Positions 39,346 through 51,948 of a stretch of DNA of 64,000 bases are shown here, piece after piece. Source of the stretch: Podarcis liolepis (lineage: Eukaryota). The DNA lies in the NCBI GenBank assembly GCA_965112155.1, contig OZ218104.1; one strand, given 5' to 3'. The first letter of the stretch is position 1, and each line of letters opens with the position of its first letter. Made by a program: the position numbers and the translations under genes. The notes beneath the pieces were generated by a model. That model made no database searches and was not told the origin of the DNA. It was given only the letters and a program-made list of their open reading frames with translations.

Positions 39346-39721
39346 CCTTATTTATAGCATTTGTACTCCAGATGATTATGGCATAATACCAGTTTATTAA
39401 TATCACAGCAGACCTACAGTGAAAAATAACATTTATAAGAAAATAAAAAATTGAAATGACGTATTTTTTATACTGTAAAACGTGCACTTTCCATAGCAAT
39501 TGTTTACACAAGGTTGAATCTGTATTTTCAGTACTGAAAAATAAAAGGGAAAAAAATGGAGGCAGGGGGAGAGCCTATGTCAGAAAGCAGAGGGAGAAGC
39601 CTCCAGTGATGCTAAGAGATTGTGGCTATCAGCCTGCTGGCCCAATGCAATACACTGCAAAAGTACCTCTGGCCCACCCTGTGTCCACATAGCGTTGGAG
39701 CTCAGGCACTTGCCCCCAGGT

Positions 39722-42700
39722 TCACAAGAGCCCCAGATTCTTCATCGTCCGCCATCGGTCCTTGATCGCCACAGGAGTGCGGTTCTTAAAGGGGAATGCC
39801 TGGGAAATGGCTTTCCACCTCCCTTCCCCAAACTTCTTCACGCCTTCCTTAATCCACTGAGACTCCTCTGAAGTCCAGATCTAGAAAGAAGAGGGCATAG
39901 GCTCTCATGAGCAACCATCAAGTGCTGCAAAACTTGCCCCTTGTCCCCATGACAGAATGACAGATACCCCACCCTCTGGAGCTGGTTCCATGGCTGTTGC
40001 TAACAGAGGATTGCCACTGACATGGGATGTAGCTCAGTAACTCACAGCAGGCAAATATCCATCCCATATTTCAAGACATTAAACCCAACTTGGTGGAACA
40101 CTTAGTCCTCCTTCTGCAATATGTGGGTAATAAAAATAAAATTCAGCCACCTTACAGTGTGGTTGAAGAGGCCATCAAAGATAGCAGATATAATGTGCTG
40201 AGATTGCCCAGGCTTCTTTGAAACACCTGGGTATCCAAGACCCTTGATTATTTAATTAATTAGGAAAGGCCCCTTAGTCCAGTGGTTGAATATGCAGAAG
40301 ATCCCAGCTTCAAACCTGTGACATCTCCAGGTAGAGCCGCGAAAGAGACACCTGGACTGAAACCCTGTAGCACAGACAATACTGAGCTAGACGGACCAGG
40401 ATTCAGCATATGGCAGCTTTCTATGTTCCCATTAATGGGGATTTCATCAGTTCTTTTTTTTGGGAGAGGGGGTCCTCATCAACTGGCCTCCATTTAGAGG
40501 GGTCTTGTCAAGGCAGGCCTATTTCTCCCCACTGGAGTGCTCAGCTCCAGACTGGGTGTAGGCTTGGTTACCTTCTTTTTCGAACCAAAGAGGGAAGTGT
40601 TGATGCTGCTGCTGCCTTCTTCCTTTGATTCTGAAACACAAATTCATTTACAAACTTTATGGGATGGATGGAACCACTCGGTAAGCTGGTTATTGCTACT
40701 GGCTCAGCAGTTGGGAGGTTTTACCACTACTGCACCTCATCAGAAATCCAGGGTAGTGGTCAAATTCCACCCAGCCCTTGGCATGATGTGTAGAGTCAAC
40801 TACAGTACCGATGGAACTATGTTAGGGTTGCCATAAATCCAGGGCATCCCAGACATGTCCTCTTTTGGGGGGCCAACAGGCCCAATCCAGGGGGATTTTG
40901 ACATTTTAAAGGACATGTCCAGGGTTGTAGGGAGGGGTTATTTATTCATTTATTGCTTGGCCAACTCTACACGCCACTGCTGCCGCCAGCCCAAGCTGGG
41001 AAAAGAAGAATGTGGGTGCACTTCCTTCCCTGGCTCAGGCTGTCCTCTTTTTTGCTCTTCAAGATCTGGCAACCCTAAACTATGTGGCAAACAGTCATCC
41101 ATGTTCACTCACAGTTGCCATCTCATTCTAGCACAGTTCACAAAATGGATCACTTTGTTTTGCAAGATGTTTACCAGGTTTTGAGAGTTTTGCCTTTAGC
41201 TAGTCTGGGTATTGCCTAAGCAAGCCTCCTGAAGGACCGCAGTTAACAGTTCTCTTTGCTTGCCATGCTGGCAGTGTTTTTCCCCATATCATTGTGATGT
41301 CACTGGGTAATGCAATGTGAGAAGCCATCAAAACTGCACAGGTGCTTTAATTAGAAGAGTGCGTGGAGCAACAATTGAGCATCATGCAGAACAAGAAGCC
41401 AGTCTGAGGCAAAAGGCAATAATTTTGCCAGTGCTGCTGCTGTGCACTTGCGAGTAGGCAGTCCAAATATTTTACTTTTCTGATCCAAGAGCTGTGCCCC
41501 CAAATCCCTCTGCATACTGTATACAGGATACTAGCTGCTTACCAAAAAGTTCATCCTCATCACTCCAGACCTCCTTTTCTTCATCCTCATTTAAACAAAT
41601 TAGTCTCCTCTTTGCTAATCTGAATGGAACAGAGAAACACAAGTGAGGAAGGCCTACCCCACAAGGAGATGGGACTGGACTGAGCTGCATCAATTAATGT
41701 CACACAGAACCAGGATTATGGAGATGCTGGGTTAAGTATCAGACAAGGAGCGAGGTTAATTTGTCCCAGCAAACACACCACTGCAGAGACCTATGGCAGC
41801 TTAAATATGAGCAAATAGCTGGTGGCAGAAACACAAACCCTTATCCTTGGTACAGACGGAAGGAGGAAGGGGGGGAGAGAAATAACATTTTCTACCTTCT
41901 GTCTGGCAACTGAAGCTAACATTCTAAGCATCTGACAAAGCAGAGTCCGGCGCAGATGTTTCTGCCACAATAAATTTGTTTAGCAACCTTTAATGGGGCC
42001 AGAGACCATATTGTCAATTCTGCTATCTTTGCAATCTGAGTAATAAAAATTAAGACAAGGTATGTGAACCAGATTCTCTCGCAACCTGCTTCTACTAGCT
42101 GGGGGAGAAGATGCACAGCGATGCAACCCTACCACTGCAAACCACTTTTGCCTTCCTTGGAGCTTCTGGGCTGAGGCCTAAGGCCTTCTAATGGATTCCT
42201 TGCAAAGGTGAAAGTTGCACCAAATGCCTCATGCTATGCCAGTTCCCCAGCAGACCCCACAGCAGTCATAACTTCTTACCTGGGATATTGGGAGGTATCA
42301 TGAGGCTGGGTGGGTATTTGGGGCTGTGCAGGCCGGACAACCAAAGTTGCCACGGGTCTCTTGGATGGAACTTGGCAGGAAGTTGGGGGGTTCCAGATCT
42401 CTGACCCCATAACCAGTGTGCTTATGGACACTGAGCATTCACTGGGGTGCGGCCTGGAGGCAGCACGGTTCTTCTCCGTTTGGCACTTGGCTGCGTGGAA
42501 ATCAGAAGCCAAACATGGCTTGGAGAAAGTCCAGTCCAACTTGTCCAGTTTTGAAAACTCTTCATCTGCATCTGGGGAATTGGACAGGATCTTGAAAGCA
42601 TCCCTCAGAGTAGAAAACCCATACGAGCCCATCCTCTTAGGCGAGCATCTGCAAAATAAAGAAACATCAGAAGGTTGCTCCACAAGGTTTGCCAACTTAT

Positions 42701-45700
42701 GTTGCTGACCTCACCCCCAAGACCTTGTTCCCCTGGCAGCAGGTGCAATTTGAGTCTGAGTGCTGAGAGCCAGAAGTTGTATGGCAAAACATCTGCCCAG
42801 CATGGCAAAGGGAGTCAAAACTGTAAGAGGCCATAGGCTGCTAACCTGTCAGAGTCACTGGAAACTGCTGAGAAAGTGGCAACAGCAACCACAGCAGGCT
42901 CTGCAGCTCCACTGGTTTCTTCTTCTGGCTTTGAAGCTGCCTGGCACTCATCAACCACTTTGGCAAGCTCCAAAACAGCTCCCGTTGCCTCCATCAAAGG
43001 CCTTGCAACTGTCTCACGGCCTCCCTCCAGAGACTTTGGCTGTTCTTCCACTGTATTTCTAGGCCCTGCCTCAGGCCGGGGCTCTTCCAAAGTCTCATCA
43101 GATCTTCCTACAGATTCAGGTTTATCTGCTGCCGCCACCTCTGAGGTTTCTTTCACCATTTCCTCCTTGCTGGCCATTTCCAAAGGATTGAGCCTGGTCT
43201 CTATCTGATCATCCGAATCCCTTTTTGCCATCTTAAACAGAGAATGTGAACACAGTTACTAGAGAACACTTCTCAACTTTATTTTCTTTATTCTAGTTAT
43301 ATACAGCAGCCATGCCCAAGCTGGTGCCCTGAAGATGCTTTACCTACAATTCCCCTAAGCCCCAGTCAGCACAGCCTCATGATGCTGGAGCTGTTGGGAA
43401 TTGCTAGTCCAAAACATTGTCAGGTTACAAGCTTGATATATGTCAAATGTGACACTGGAGCCCCGTGCTGTTCTGCTGTGGGGTACTTTGCTCTTCACAA
43501 AAATATTTCCCAAACGCATAACAGTTTGGCCAGGGAGGCTTCTGTCTTAAGCCTCAGGTGCTGAATGTACTTTTTTGATCACAGTGTTTAGACGGCAAGA
43601 GTTCTGCTGTGGCAATGTGGGTGATATTCAAGTGCTCCAGCAACACACAGAAATATATGAGGAAAGCAAGCTGCCTTATGCCAAGCCAGACCAATGGTTC
43701 ATATAGTTTCCTATCACCACACATTGAGTGACAGCGGCTCTCCAGGGTTTCAAGCAGGGGACATTCCCAGTCCTACCTAGAGATGCCAGGGATTGAACTT
43801 GGGACCTTCTGCATGCAAAGTATATGTTCAACTACTAAGCTATGCTCCCACTACAACATCCCACATCTCAATCAAGCAGCACTCCACACCCTTGCTTACC
43901 TCTAAGAGAAAGGGCTCAGAGTCACTCAAGCAGCTTTCTAAATACAGAAGTATTCTCTGCTGGAAAGCTTTATAGGAGAAGTTCCAGATGGCTGGATGAG
44001 CGAAGTTTTTTTCTCGGATAATGCTCTGGAACATCGACCTCATTTTCTAAGCAAGGGGAAATGTTTTTCAGTACTTGCAAGCAAATTGCAGCACAGGGCA
44101 GAGATAAAAGCAATTTTTGCAGTCATTAGAAGTTTAAACAAAACAAGCCAAGCCACCAGAGCAGTCTAGGTAATGTCAAAAATGAATGAAAGTAATGATG
44201 ACTAGAGATGTGGACCACAATCTGTAGCAACATGGGCTGCTTGTGGATGCAATTTTTCTCATTGCGTAAGGGGGACAATAAACTCTTAAGTATTTAAGAC
44301 ACTCACTGAATTGGAGAATGTGGGAAGGACAAACCATGATTCTGCTTTGCAGTGAAATGACCCTATAAGAGGCACATTTCAACAACAGCAACATGAACTC
44401 ATACCTGCTGAAAGCTCACCTGGGAACTTGGGTCCTTTGACATGTGTTTCCTCAAGATCTTGCTGGCTTGTTCATATTCTTTGTTTTTTAGACAGGTTAT
44501 AACAGCCTGGAGAAGAAAGACAAAATAATGGTTTGCAAGGAAGACTTTGGGGGAATGTTCCTAATCTAAGAAGATACTGTTCGAGAGATATCCCTCTGGA
44601 AGTTTTCTAGATCTGCTTCACATTTTCAACCCAGTGTGTTTTCATTGTGTAATATTAGACCACTTATTAAAGAATTTAAAAAAATTCAAGTAAGGCAAGT
44701 TACATTAAAGTCTGTAGGCTAACAACATTGAAATAATGTATGCCTCAGGAGAGTCAAGAAGCCAGCTTTTCCTGGATTGCCCCCGACGGAAACAAGTTTT
44801 CAAAACATGCTGAGTTCCAATAAACTCAGGCACTCTGAGGAGACATTTCTCTTTCATTTCATCCCAGCATATAGGAATCTTGCCTCCTTGCTTCTATTAA
44901 CTTTTGTGAACTTATTTAAAAGTCCAATTTAAGCATGGAGAAAAATAGGCAAGAGTTCATCCTGGCATTGAATTAGCACCTTAATTAAACCCTTTCCTAA
45001 ATATACTGCATTTTGAAACTTAAGACAGCTGTCCTCATACTAACTAGGCTGAGAAACAGTAATCAGTGCCTACAGAAGAGGAAATGCTAACACTTACTGC
45101 TTCCTTTATTTTTTTTCTTATTTCTTCTATTATATCAATGTCTATGTCCAATTCATTCTTCATCTTATCCAAAAGAACAAGGGCATATTCAAGAGGTGTT
45201 AACTTGGTCTTGGTATCAATGGTCCAATCTTCTTCAATCCTAGACAGAAGCTGGATAATCCGTAGCTGAATGCCAATGTGTTTCTCTAGCACTAGGGGCC
45301 TTGCAAGCACAGCTGGAGAAGAACAAGACAGTCAAAACAGCCACTAAGCAAAATCAGATAGTTCAGCAAACCAGGTGTAACGAGGTTTGGGAAAGGGCAC
45401 CAAAGCCCTGTCCCATATCTTGTATCCCTGGCCATATACAGACAGACAGCTTCATCCCAACATGCCCTTTGGCTCAGGATCAGGAGTCACTTTGCATTTG
45501 CTTGTTTTTTTGTGTGTGATCTACAATATCCTTTAGTATCTATATATACACAAACACACACTTTTTTTTTTAGTGTCTTAATCTTTGTGGTGAGTGATCT
45601 TGCTGGAGCTCCCATTTTGTGGGGCAGAAATGCAGTATGTATGGATTTTATTTATAATAATAATAATAATAATAATAATAATTTTTATTTATAACCCGCC

Positions 45701-46442
45701 CTCCCCAGCCAATGCCGGGCTCACGGCAGCTAACAAGCAATGATAAAAACAAGTTGAATGATTACAACTTAAAAACAAAATTAGAATACAACAACATTAA
45801 AATATTTATAGACACACAGAAGTAATTACTTATTTATTATTAAAATTTATTATTATTTCCCTTAATTTCTAAAGGCAAATGACAAACGTTCCAGGGACAC
45901 AGGCTGTATTATATTTTAAGTTGCTTTAGGTTCATTATTTCTTAAATGAAAACACCTAATGACTATTAAATGTAATATATAAATGTAAATATGTAACAGT
46001 GACATAAGTGGAACCAGGGCTATTACGTGACATATTTTAATGTTTGATGTTTTAGTATGTTCTGATATGTGCTGTGAGCCGCCCAGAGTGGCTTGAGGAA
46101 ACCCAGCCAGATGGGCGGGGTATAACTAATAAAATTATTATTAGTTATTTACACTCACGTTCCTTAGCAGGAAATACCTTTACCCAGCGAGAATGTTCCC
46201 CAAATGCCCCTTTCGTAAAACAAACTGGTCTCCCTACCGTATATGACGTCCCGCAGCTGGCGAAAGTCCTGGCTGCGGCCGGCCCGGAAAGCCTGAAGGG
46301 CCCGGTGGGCGTAGAAGAGGATGGCCCACCGATTCACCGCCTCCTCCAAGGCCTTTTCGCGAGCCTCCGCGGCTCCTTCGGGCGACGCAGCAAGAGACGC
46401 TCCACGGCCACCGCCCGCCATCTTCCCTCTCCCGCGCGCCAT
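39722..46442 (-). CDS. TERF2: Telomeric repeat-binding factor 2; exons 46442-46238, 45312-45098, 44506-44420, 44046-43900, 43231-42846, 42648-42280, 41619-41543, 40630-40572, 39880-39722 (1704 nt, 567 aa)
   Basis: TRFH ([20 protein letters not shown]), RAP1-binding-like [10 protein letters not shown]...FSKLD, TIN2-binding-like [17 protein letters not shown], Myb/telobox IKDRWRTMK; phases continuous; minus-strand AATAAA 39398-39393. Confidence 0.95.
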
Positions 46443-47613
46443 CCCGCCGGGAAGTTGGCGTAAGTGACGACGTAGTCGGTGGGCGGGACAGGAGCGGGGA
46501 GCGCGGAGGGCAGCGCTGGCTCAGAGCCTGGGACCCTGTAGTCTCAGCACCGTCCCGGTCCCAACGGGGCGATCTCTGCTCGCTCCTCTGCCTGGAGGCC
46601 CACAAAGTGTAGAGGGTGGAAAGGAAGGCTATGGGCAGCTCGCCCTCCGCCGCGGCGCTGCTTGCCCAGGGAAATCAAGGGGGCAGCCGGGCAGGTTCTA
46701 ACAGACAGTGGCAGAGAAAGCGGATTTGGGGAGGATAGAGGACGGAACACGAGGGCCGAGACCCCTGTCTCTGGCAGGGGGTTTCTAGGGTGATGGTTGC
46801 TGCTGCAGCTGCGCTGCACGTGCGAAGTCACCAGAGGGAGGGATCAAGATGCCCCGACGGCTGGGGGGGTGGGATCATCTGCAGCAGTTGCCAGATGCTC
46901 CCGTGTTGTCTCTTGTGCCTCTTCAGCCAATCAAAGGGCGCTTCTGTTTCTCCCTCTCTCGTTTCATGCTGGCCAACTCCCTTCACGTCTGTCCGGCCTG
47001 CCTCGCCCCTTCCAGGAAGGGGCAGCCTGGGGAACAGGGGTCCCGGAGATCGGTCCTGCTTGGTTGGCTGGAGGAAGGGACTTGGAGATGATGGCGGTGG
47101 GGTAAAGCCCCACCTGCGATTTCTGGGTCGGGAGACGGGTTGTATATGGGGCTGGGGTCCATAAGGACTTTTTCGGGCAGCCCATAATATTTCTTCCGTT
47201 GTTGATATCATTTTCTTTTCATATCACTCTGCGAAGTCTTAGCACCCGACACAACATTGCGAAAAAAAGATGGGCAACTATTCAATCTGGACCAAAGAGA
47301 GCGAAGCTGCATTAAAAGGGTTTTATTTTGCATGGGAAATGCGAGCGGTTTTTAAATACTATAAAACGCAACTTTTCGGTATGCACACGGCTTTCGGCTG
47401 CCCCTGAGCGCTCGATCTGCAGCCCTGCTGGGATCATTTCGGGGGGGGGGGAGGCAAAATCTAATCGAGGCTGCCCCTAAACTCGGGAATTGAGAGACTA
47501 TAAAAGAAGACGGAAGTTTTGCCTCTTGTCTGTTTATAGTGCAGCGCGCTTTGTAGCTCAGTTTCCGGCTCTCTGCCGGAAGTGGAGCCCATGTGCACCC
47601 TCCTTTTGCTGCC
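46443..47613. promoter_or_regulatory. Divergent promoter region TERF2/DHODH
   Basis: CpG-rich ends; ZNF143-like ACTACAGGGTCCCA (46542-46529), GC box, ETS CCGGAAGT near 47576. Confidence 0.75.
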
Positions 47614-50600
47614 ATGGCGGGAGCTGCGGGCGCGTCGCTCTGGGTGAGGAAGGTCGCACAGCGGGCGGGCGCTGGACTCAAGGGTGGGCCGTAGCTTCGT
47701 GCCAGAGCAGGCATTTTGCAGGTCGAGGTACCCTGTGAAGAAAGAGCCTTTGCTCTGCCGGGGAGAGTCTGGAGGGAGGCCCGCCTTTGCCAGACAGCGC
47801 AGGCGATACTCGGTGGGCAACTTATTTGCCTCCCGCAGTGCTCTGCGCGCGCGCACCCACCTAGCCATCCGTGTTGCTGGTTTGAAGCAACTAATGGGGA
47901 AATGCAGAGTGGATTCTTCTGTCTTGATGCGCTGTAGGACGATATGCAGTCTTGCAGCTGTGGTTGCCCAGAAATAGGATACCAGCCTCCAATTCAAGGG
48001 GAAAGTTGCAACTCCTTCACTACCTATGAAAGCGCTTAACTCCTCTTACTGCTAGAAAGGGACTAAGCGAAGTTTGCAGGGCAGGTATCATGCCTTCGAG
48101 AGAGGAAGGAGCCGATGCCAGTCAGAGCAAGCGGCCATGACCTAGGTGGTCCAAAAATCTGTCGGGGGGGTGGGGGGGAAGCAGCTCCTTGCCGTTCCTT
48201 AGTGAACCGTGCAGCTTGAACGTAGTTGCTGGGAGGGCTCCAGTGGCCAGCTGTGAGAGCAAACCGTGTGTTGCTCCTTTGGGGTAGGCTGGAGCAACAG
48301 CCAAGGCAAGCAGAGGTTGAGCCGGTGCAGCTTTTGCTGAGCAGCAATGGTTCTCGTGCCTGCCATGCAGCTGTCAGATCCGGCCAGTCATTGCCAGGAA
48401 CCAGTAGTAATTGGAAGCTATGCCTTCCTTGTCCTTTGGCATCTGAAATCCTCCCCTTTTGCCATCCCAGGTAGTACCAGCAGCTCTTCAACAGGATTCC
48501 TGCTGCGTTTAGCCCTTTCAGAGTGCCCCATACGGACCAGCTGCTTTCTCAGTTTTAGGGTCAGTATTTATCCCAACTGGGGTGATGAGGCAGCGTAGCT
48601 TGGCCAGGTCTAGCCAAAGCCAACTTGGGCTTTAACCCAGATATTCCAGACAGAGTTCTGTGGGTGTGTTAGGGTGGAGCAGGGTGGTAGACCTTCCTCC
48701 TCCCGTTCTCCAGGGGTTGGGTGGGCTGTAGGCTTGGGGGTGTATCTCACTCTCTTTGCTCTCCCAGCGACGCTTTAAGGAGGCAACAGTGATTCTCGGT
48801 GGGGGCAGCCTGATCTTCACCTCATACCTGGTGGTCAAGGGAGATGAGCACTTCTACGCTGCGCAGCTGATGCCACTCCTGCAGAGAGTGGTGGGCCCTG
48901 AGACAGCCCACAGGCTGGCTGTGCGCTTTGTGGCTCTGGGGATCCTGCCCTGCTCAAGCCAAGCTGACTCGGATGCATTGGTGCGTAAACTATGCAGGTG
49001 ACTGGCGGCCAGAGGCTGCTGTGCTCCTGCTTTGGGCCCTGCCTCTCATCCTACTGCTCCCAATCCCTTCCCGTGGGCCTGGCATGCCCTCTCTCTCCTG
49101 ACACAGGATGGGGCCTTGCCTGTCTCTTCTGCTGCCTAAGGCTTTCTGCTGGTTAACAGGTGCTTAATTGGCTTCCCAGGCAGTGGAAGTCTTTGGGCGC
49201 CGGTTTCGGAACCCTCTTGGCCTGGCTGCTGGTTTTGACAAGCATGGAGAGGCTGTAGATGGACTCTACAAGATGGGATTTGGCTTTGTGGAGGTGGGGA
49301 GTGTCACCCCAGAGCCCCAAGAGGGGAACCCCAGGCCCCGCGTCTTCCGGCTGCCAGAGGACCAGGCCATTATTAACAGGTAGGAGGCTGGAACAGAGGT
49401 GGGTGGCGAGGGTGAGCCTTTGACAAGCCTCTCCTGCAGTGGAGGAGGAGGTGATGCATTGGGGAAGAGAGGGGTGGTGGTATTCACCTGAGCTGTGTCC
49501 ACCTGAGCTGTGTCCACCACTTTCTAGGTATGGGTTCAACAGCCACGGGCATGCAGTGGTGGAGCACAGACTTCGAGCCCGACAAGAAACTCAGCGTCAG
49601 CTCAGCTCAGGTGAGGTGGCTTGTGTCCTCCCTGCCCATGAGCCATGGAAAATCCCGGCCCCCTTCTTCCCCCCACCCAATTGCTGCTATGCTAGTACAT
49701 GCTTGTGGCAGTCAGATCTGGAGAGGAGCTTTCAGGGAACGTGAAGAGTGGCAAGGAGCAAATGTTGCAGTTGATTAGTGGAGGATTTCTGGATCCTGCC
49801 CTGAACCCTTCCCAGAGCAACTCTGGTCAGGAGCAGTGCCTGCCTGAGTGCCAGTGGCTGCTTCCTTTTGCCCAGCCCTAACAGGCCCACCGTGGCCCTG
49901 TGCTCTCCCTGGGGAAATCTCTTATGTGTCTGCCCCCTCATCAGGGATTCCTCACGTAGTAGTCATCTTTGCTCTGGCCCTCCCTGTCTGACTGGCTTCT
50001 GTTTGTGCATCCTCTCCCTTCCTAGCGGGGATGCCTCTTGGAATAAATCTTGGCAAGAACAAGGCCTCTGCAGATGCAGCAGCTGACTACGTGGCAGGTG
50101 TGCGTGTGCTGGGCCCGCTGGCTGATTACCTGGTGGTGAATGTTTCCAGCCCCAACACGCCGGGACTGCGGGCCCTTCAAGGCAAAGCGGAGCTGCGCCT
50201 CCTGTTGGCCAAGGTGGGTCTCTTGACCAAGAGCATTACCTGTCCTCTCGGTCCCCTCCAGTAAGCAGCCAGGGCAGCCTCTGACGCACATTTAAGCACC
50301 TGCTTTCTGGGCGGAGGGCAGCAGCTGCTTGGAGCAAAGGAGAAGCAGCCTGCTGCTCCCATTTCACATTTATTGAACAGTGCCTGGCAAAGGAAAGCCA
50401 GGGCTTTGCTGGTACATTGTTCAGAAATCCTACTGCAGGAGTTGAGTGCATGCCTGATTGAGAACCTTGTATAGGTGCGGCAGCCTTGCCTCCAGATGTT
50501 GGTGGTGGACCAACAGGAGGCTGCTTCTATCTCATCCTCCTTCCATACCTGCCCTTTGGATCCTGCTGTTGAGCCTCTCCTGCTCTGCAGAGCTCCTCTT

Positions 50601-51909
50601 CTGTCCCTAGTTCATAGCAGGGGCAGTTCCCCTCTCCTAGGTGTGTTGTGCTGCGCTCCATGGCTTGTAATAATGTGCCCTTCTGGGCAGTGTGAAACTT
50701 ATGCCCTTCTGAGCAGTGTGAACGTGATCTTTGGCTGTGTGCTTCTTGGCAGGTGCTGGCTGAGAGGGACGCCTTGGCATGCAAGCACAAGCCAGCTGTA
50801 CTGGTGAAAATTGCTCCAGATCTCACGGCCCAAGACAAGCAGGACATTGCTAGTGTCGTCTCTGAGGTGATGCAGGGGTGGGCGGGCAGGAGTGGTTCTG
50901 TCTGGCTGCTACCTCAATTATTCCTGGTTGGTTTGGCCTTTTATGCCTTGTTCTAGAGCAGCTCCCTTAAGAGATCACCTTGCCCCAGGTGGGCCTCTTT
51001 GATCACTTCCGTCTGTGGAACTTGCACTTTTACACCTGCCGCTCTGCACTCCTCGCAAGAGCAATCTTGTGAACATAGCAGCACTTGGAACTCCCTGCCT
51101 CTTGATACTGGGCAGGCACCCACACCATATTGCATTTGGCAAGCATACCCAGACATGTAATTTAGTCACCTATATCGGCTTTAAATATTTATTGAATTTA
51201 TTGTTTTTTTTAATTGAGGTGGCTTTACATACCTTTGCTTTTAGTGAACTGTGGATTTCAGCTGTGATTTAGCTTAAGCTATGTTTGTATGCTACTTGGG
51301 AGATATATAGATCTTTGATCAAGTGGTCTTATGAATTTCCTTTAAATAAAAGTGAGAATGGGGTAGGGCTAGACTTTCAGGGCGACTGCTGTGGGAAGGA
51401 GGGCAGCGCATAGGAGGAGGCTGTGGCTCTGAGGCTTGACTGGGCTCCCTTTTTCCCAGTTAGGCGTTGATGGACTGGTGGTCACCAACACCACTGTGAG
51501 CCGCCCCAGCACCTTGCGTGCAGCTCTTCGTGGGGAGGCTGGTGGTCTAAGCGGAGCTCCCCTGCGAGAGCTCTCCACTCAGCTGGTCAGCGAGATGTAC
51601 TCTCTCACCCAAGGTAAGGAGACGGGCTGGAGGGAGGGAGGGGATGTAGGTGGGAGGGACTCCAGAACCCCTCCCACTAGCAGCCTCTTCTTGCCCCCCA
51701 GGACGGGTCCCCATCATTGGTGTAGGTGGAGTCTCCAGCGGGCAAGATGCCTTGGACAAGATCCGCGCAGGGGCCTCCTTGGTGCAGATGTACACTGCCC
51801 TCACCTACCGTGGGCCACCTGTGGTGGGTGTTGTGAAACAGGAGCTGGAGGCTCTGTTAAGGTGAGTGACAGGCGGAGCCCAGCTCCCAGCTTCTTGATG
51901 GCCCAAACT

Positions 51910-51948
<39 letters not shown>

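Noticed and set aside
41522-41532. U12-type donor-like GTATCCTGT near a TERF2 exon end
   Set aside because: Imperfect consensus and wrong phase for the next exon; the GTAAGC donor at 41543 fits
49485-49514. 15-bp tandem duplication in DHODH intron 3
   Set aside because: Ordinary slippage; the acceptor is intact
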